NCBI GenBank assembly: GCA_044892525.1
Contig: CM097885.1
Coordinates: 39,372,001-39,436,000, forward strand
Source: Schmidtea polychroa
Taxonomy: Eukaryota
Length of the DNA: 64,000 nt
Direction: 5' to 3'
Made by a program: the position numbers and the translations under genes. Positions 61,384-64,000 of the stretch are shown one piece after another. The number at the start of each line of letters is the position of its first letter. Position 1 is the first letter of the stretch. The notes under the pieces were generated by a model. The model had not been told where the DNA came from, made no database searches, and saw only the letters and a list, made by a program, of their open reading frames with translations.

Positions 61384-62319
61384 ATGGTTAAAAAAGTTTG
61401 GAAAAGCGTTAATGTCGATTTTACGATAAAAAGCAACAATAACATAATTGAGAATTCGGAAATTAGCGAAAATAATACAACGATTACTGCTGAATTGAGA
61501 AAAGCTTTGCCAACAACAACACATGCCAATCGTCAACTTGAAGAAGTTAATAAACTACCAATCGATGGTCCATTTTATTTGGCATTTTCTAATCTGAATT
61601 TTGATGTTGATGAAGAGTGCATTAGAAATCTGTTTAAAGGTTTAGATTTGGTGGATATTTATTTCAATCCGAGAAAGCGAGGAACTGGCAATATAGAATT
61701 CAGAAATTTGGACAATTTGAAATCGGCGTTGGAATTTAATGGACAAGTTTTCGTCGGTAGAGCAATTAATTTGACATTAATCACGGACATAGACAAAGAA
61801 AAGAAATTTAACACATTTCTAGATAAGAATGGTTGTTTTCACAAAGATGAAAAGAAATCTAAAGCAGATGAATCTGAAAATTGGAGAAGTAAGAAAGTTG
61901 TTGAAAGGAAAGAAACAAAACCAAGTGATAGCGATAATTGGAGAGTAAAGAAAAATGTTGAAATGAAAGAAACCAAGCCAAGTAATAGTAATAATTGGAG
62001 AGTAAAGAAAACTATTGAAATGAAAGAAACTAAGCCAAGTGATAGCGATAATTGGAGAGTAAAGACAAATGTTGAAATGAAAGTATTCAAACCGAGATAT
62101 AACAATAATTGGAGAGAAAAGAAAAGTGTTGAAATGAAAGAAACAAAACCTAGTGATAGTGATAATTGGAGAATAAAGAAAGATGTTAAAGTAACAGAAT
62201 CAAAAGACTGTAGCAGTGGAACACAGAGAATTACAAATATGCGTGATACCAAAACAGAAAATCTTCGAGAAAACAAAACAGCCGAAAAAGAAAATTCTTG
62301 GAGATTAGTTAAAAAATAA
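61384..62319 (+). CDS. eIF4B-like RRM protein, copy 11 (EFRNL variant)
   Basis: Near-identical 311-aa ORF. Confidence 0.85.
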   Translation: MVKKVWKSVNVDFTIKSNNNIIENSEISENNTTITAELRKALPTTTHANRQLEEVNKLPIDGPFYLAFSNLNFDVDEECIRNLFKGLDLVDIYFNPRKRGTGNIEFRNLDNLKSALEFNGQVFVGRAINLTLITDIDKEKKFNTFLDKNGCFHKDEKKSKADESENWRSKKVVERKETKPSDSDNWRVKKNVEMKETKPSNSNNWRVKKTIEMKETKPSDSDNWRVKTNVEMKVFKPRYNNNWREKKSVEMKETKPSDSDNWRIKKDVKVTESKDCSSGTQRITNMRDTKTENLRENKTAEKENSWRLVKK

Positions 62320-64000
62320 ATTTTTCCTTTCTATATTTGTTTAATATTATGATTGTTGTTTTTTCTTTAGAGTGTTTAATATATTTATTTTTCAATGTAA
62401 AATGTTTGATATATATCTTTAATATTAAATTGTATTTTTATGATAGTAGTTTGTTTGCAAAATTGATAATGAGAAAGTACATAAATCTCTATTTTATTTT
62501 TGTTATGATAGAACATTTTAAGGATACGTTTGAAATTATATTTATCAATAAAAATTAAAATTTCTAAGTTATTCTATTATTAAACAAAATTTATATTGTA
62601 ATTAAAATCAATTTCATAATTTTAATAAAATAATAGACCTAGAAAATTTCGAAAGATAGGGAAATAGAATGTAAGTAATTATATTTATTACTCATTATTT
62701 AGTCAACTTTCATGTTATAGATAATAGTTGACATATGTTTAGATAATTGATTTTTATTTTTTTCATTGAAATGTCAGATTTGGTCTATGATTACCGTATG
62801 TGTGCGTGTGTAAGTAACTGAGTGATAAGGTTACTGTTACTTGACACCCAACAAAAAACATTTATGACGTCACTACACAGGTATGCAATATTGAGTATTA
62901 TATATTTTTTACAATTAACAATATTAGTTTTGCAAATTGAATTCACAAGCTAGGATTGATTGAATATTAAAAATATGTTGCAGTTGAAATCAGATTATGG
63001 TGAATATTTATAGGATGACTTTTATTATAGTATTTAATTTTATTCAAAACAATTTCTATTTTAACGCATAGATAAAATTCAAAAAACTTTGACAAATAAC
63101 TATTATGTCATTGAATTAGTTTTCATAAAATATTATTATATATGAATATTAATAGACAATCTATGTATTATTTTATGAAAGTTAATTAATAGCAGCTTAA
63201 AAATACTCAAAGACCTTTCCTAATGTTATTGAACACCAATAAAACATCATTTATTCCATTTCAAAAATTAAATATTTTTACTCTTATTTGAAATAAACTC
63301 AATGGTAGTTTATTAAGTACGTGACATAGCATTTTATTTATTTCATTATAAAGCTCTTTTCGTTTCTTGAAACCTTGATAATTTATCTTAATATGTTGGC
63401 TTAATTTAATAAATTTCGATCTATCTTGACTCTTATTATCGGTAGATTTAACATTTGTCGACATCAAAATAAAGTCCAAAGAATCAAGAATCATTGAATT
63501 AAGAGAAATCTTTTTATATTTTCTTTATATGATATTATTTTATTTGAATAAAGGAAATGCTTATAAGCTAAAATTATATTAGATCATGATTCAATTTGTC
63601 CAAATTGCCAAATTGCGACCAACTAACGACTTATTGGACAGATAATTATATGATGATGAAATGTTGTCAAACTACTTCTGTATTTGATGATTTTGTAATA
63701 TTTAGGTCTCACTATTTGAGAATCTCAACTCTACTGGTTTTTATATAAATATAAATAAAGAACACAGGTCTTTATATAAATGTTTATTTAAAATTTCAAA
63801 AATTACCAAATGAGAAATCGAAATTTGCAAAAATGATCTTCTAAAATTGTAACTTTCACTGGATAATTACTAATTTATTTTCACTGCAAAATGCTAGCTA
63901 ATTGTGTGGTTTTTTTATGTTGTGTAGTGCTTGTTGTGTTAATTTTAAATCAATTAAATAAGGCTTCTGTAGAGAGTTTTTGTCTGGTCTGTGTTTAAAT

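Larger units (their letters stand above)
57262..64000 (+). repeat. Continuation of the 3630-bp array, resuming at unit position 946
   Basis: CTACTATCATCATCCAGC.. matches window position 946 onward. Confidence 0.98.

Overview
Very AT-rich eukaryotic, probably invertebrate, DNA; a planarian-like host is only an inference. The window has two layers. (1) A head-to-tail array of a 3630/3631-bp unit (1-32601 and 57262-64000). Each unit carries an intronless 311-aa eIF4B-like gene (RRM plus 19-aa NWR repeats); 11 near-identical intact copies are visible. (2) A 24.7-kb chimeric insert (32602-57261) that interrupts the array without a target-site duplication. Its left part is one end of a Polinton/Maverick-like element: AGTAG terminus, motif-rich subterminal repeats, an IAP-type RING gene and a 5'-truncated protein-primed PolB. 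Its right part is the 5' portion of a giant minus-strand Ty3/gypsy element: a ~5.1-kb TG..CA LTR, a tRNA-Pro PBS, a second IAP-type RING gene, and one long mutation-disrupted polyprotein. The polyprotein order is Gag(3xCCHC) - two ubiquitin-like domains - TRAF/MATH - unknown - Bcl-2-like - signal peptide plus chuvirus-like glycoprotein - protease - RT - RNase H - integrase (truncated). The most unusual feature is a putative envelope and an apoptosis/ubiquitin-signalling cassette lying between gag and pol. All domain calls come from motif recognition by eye; no searches were run.
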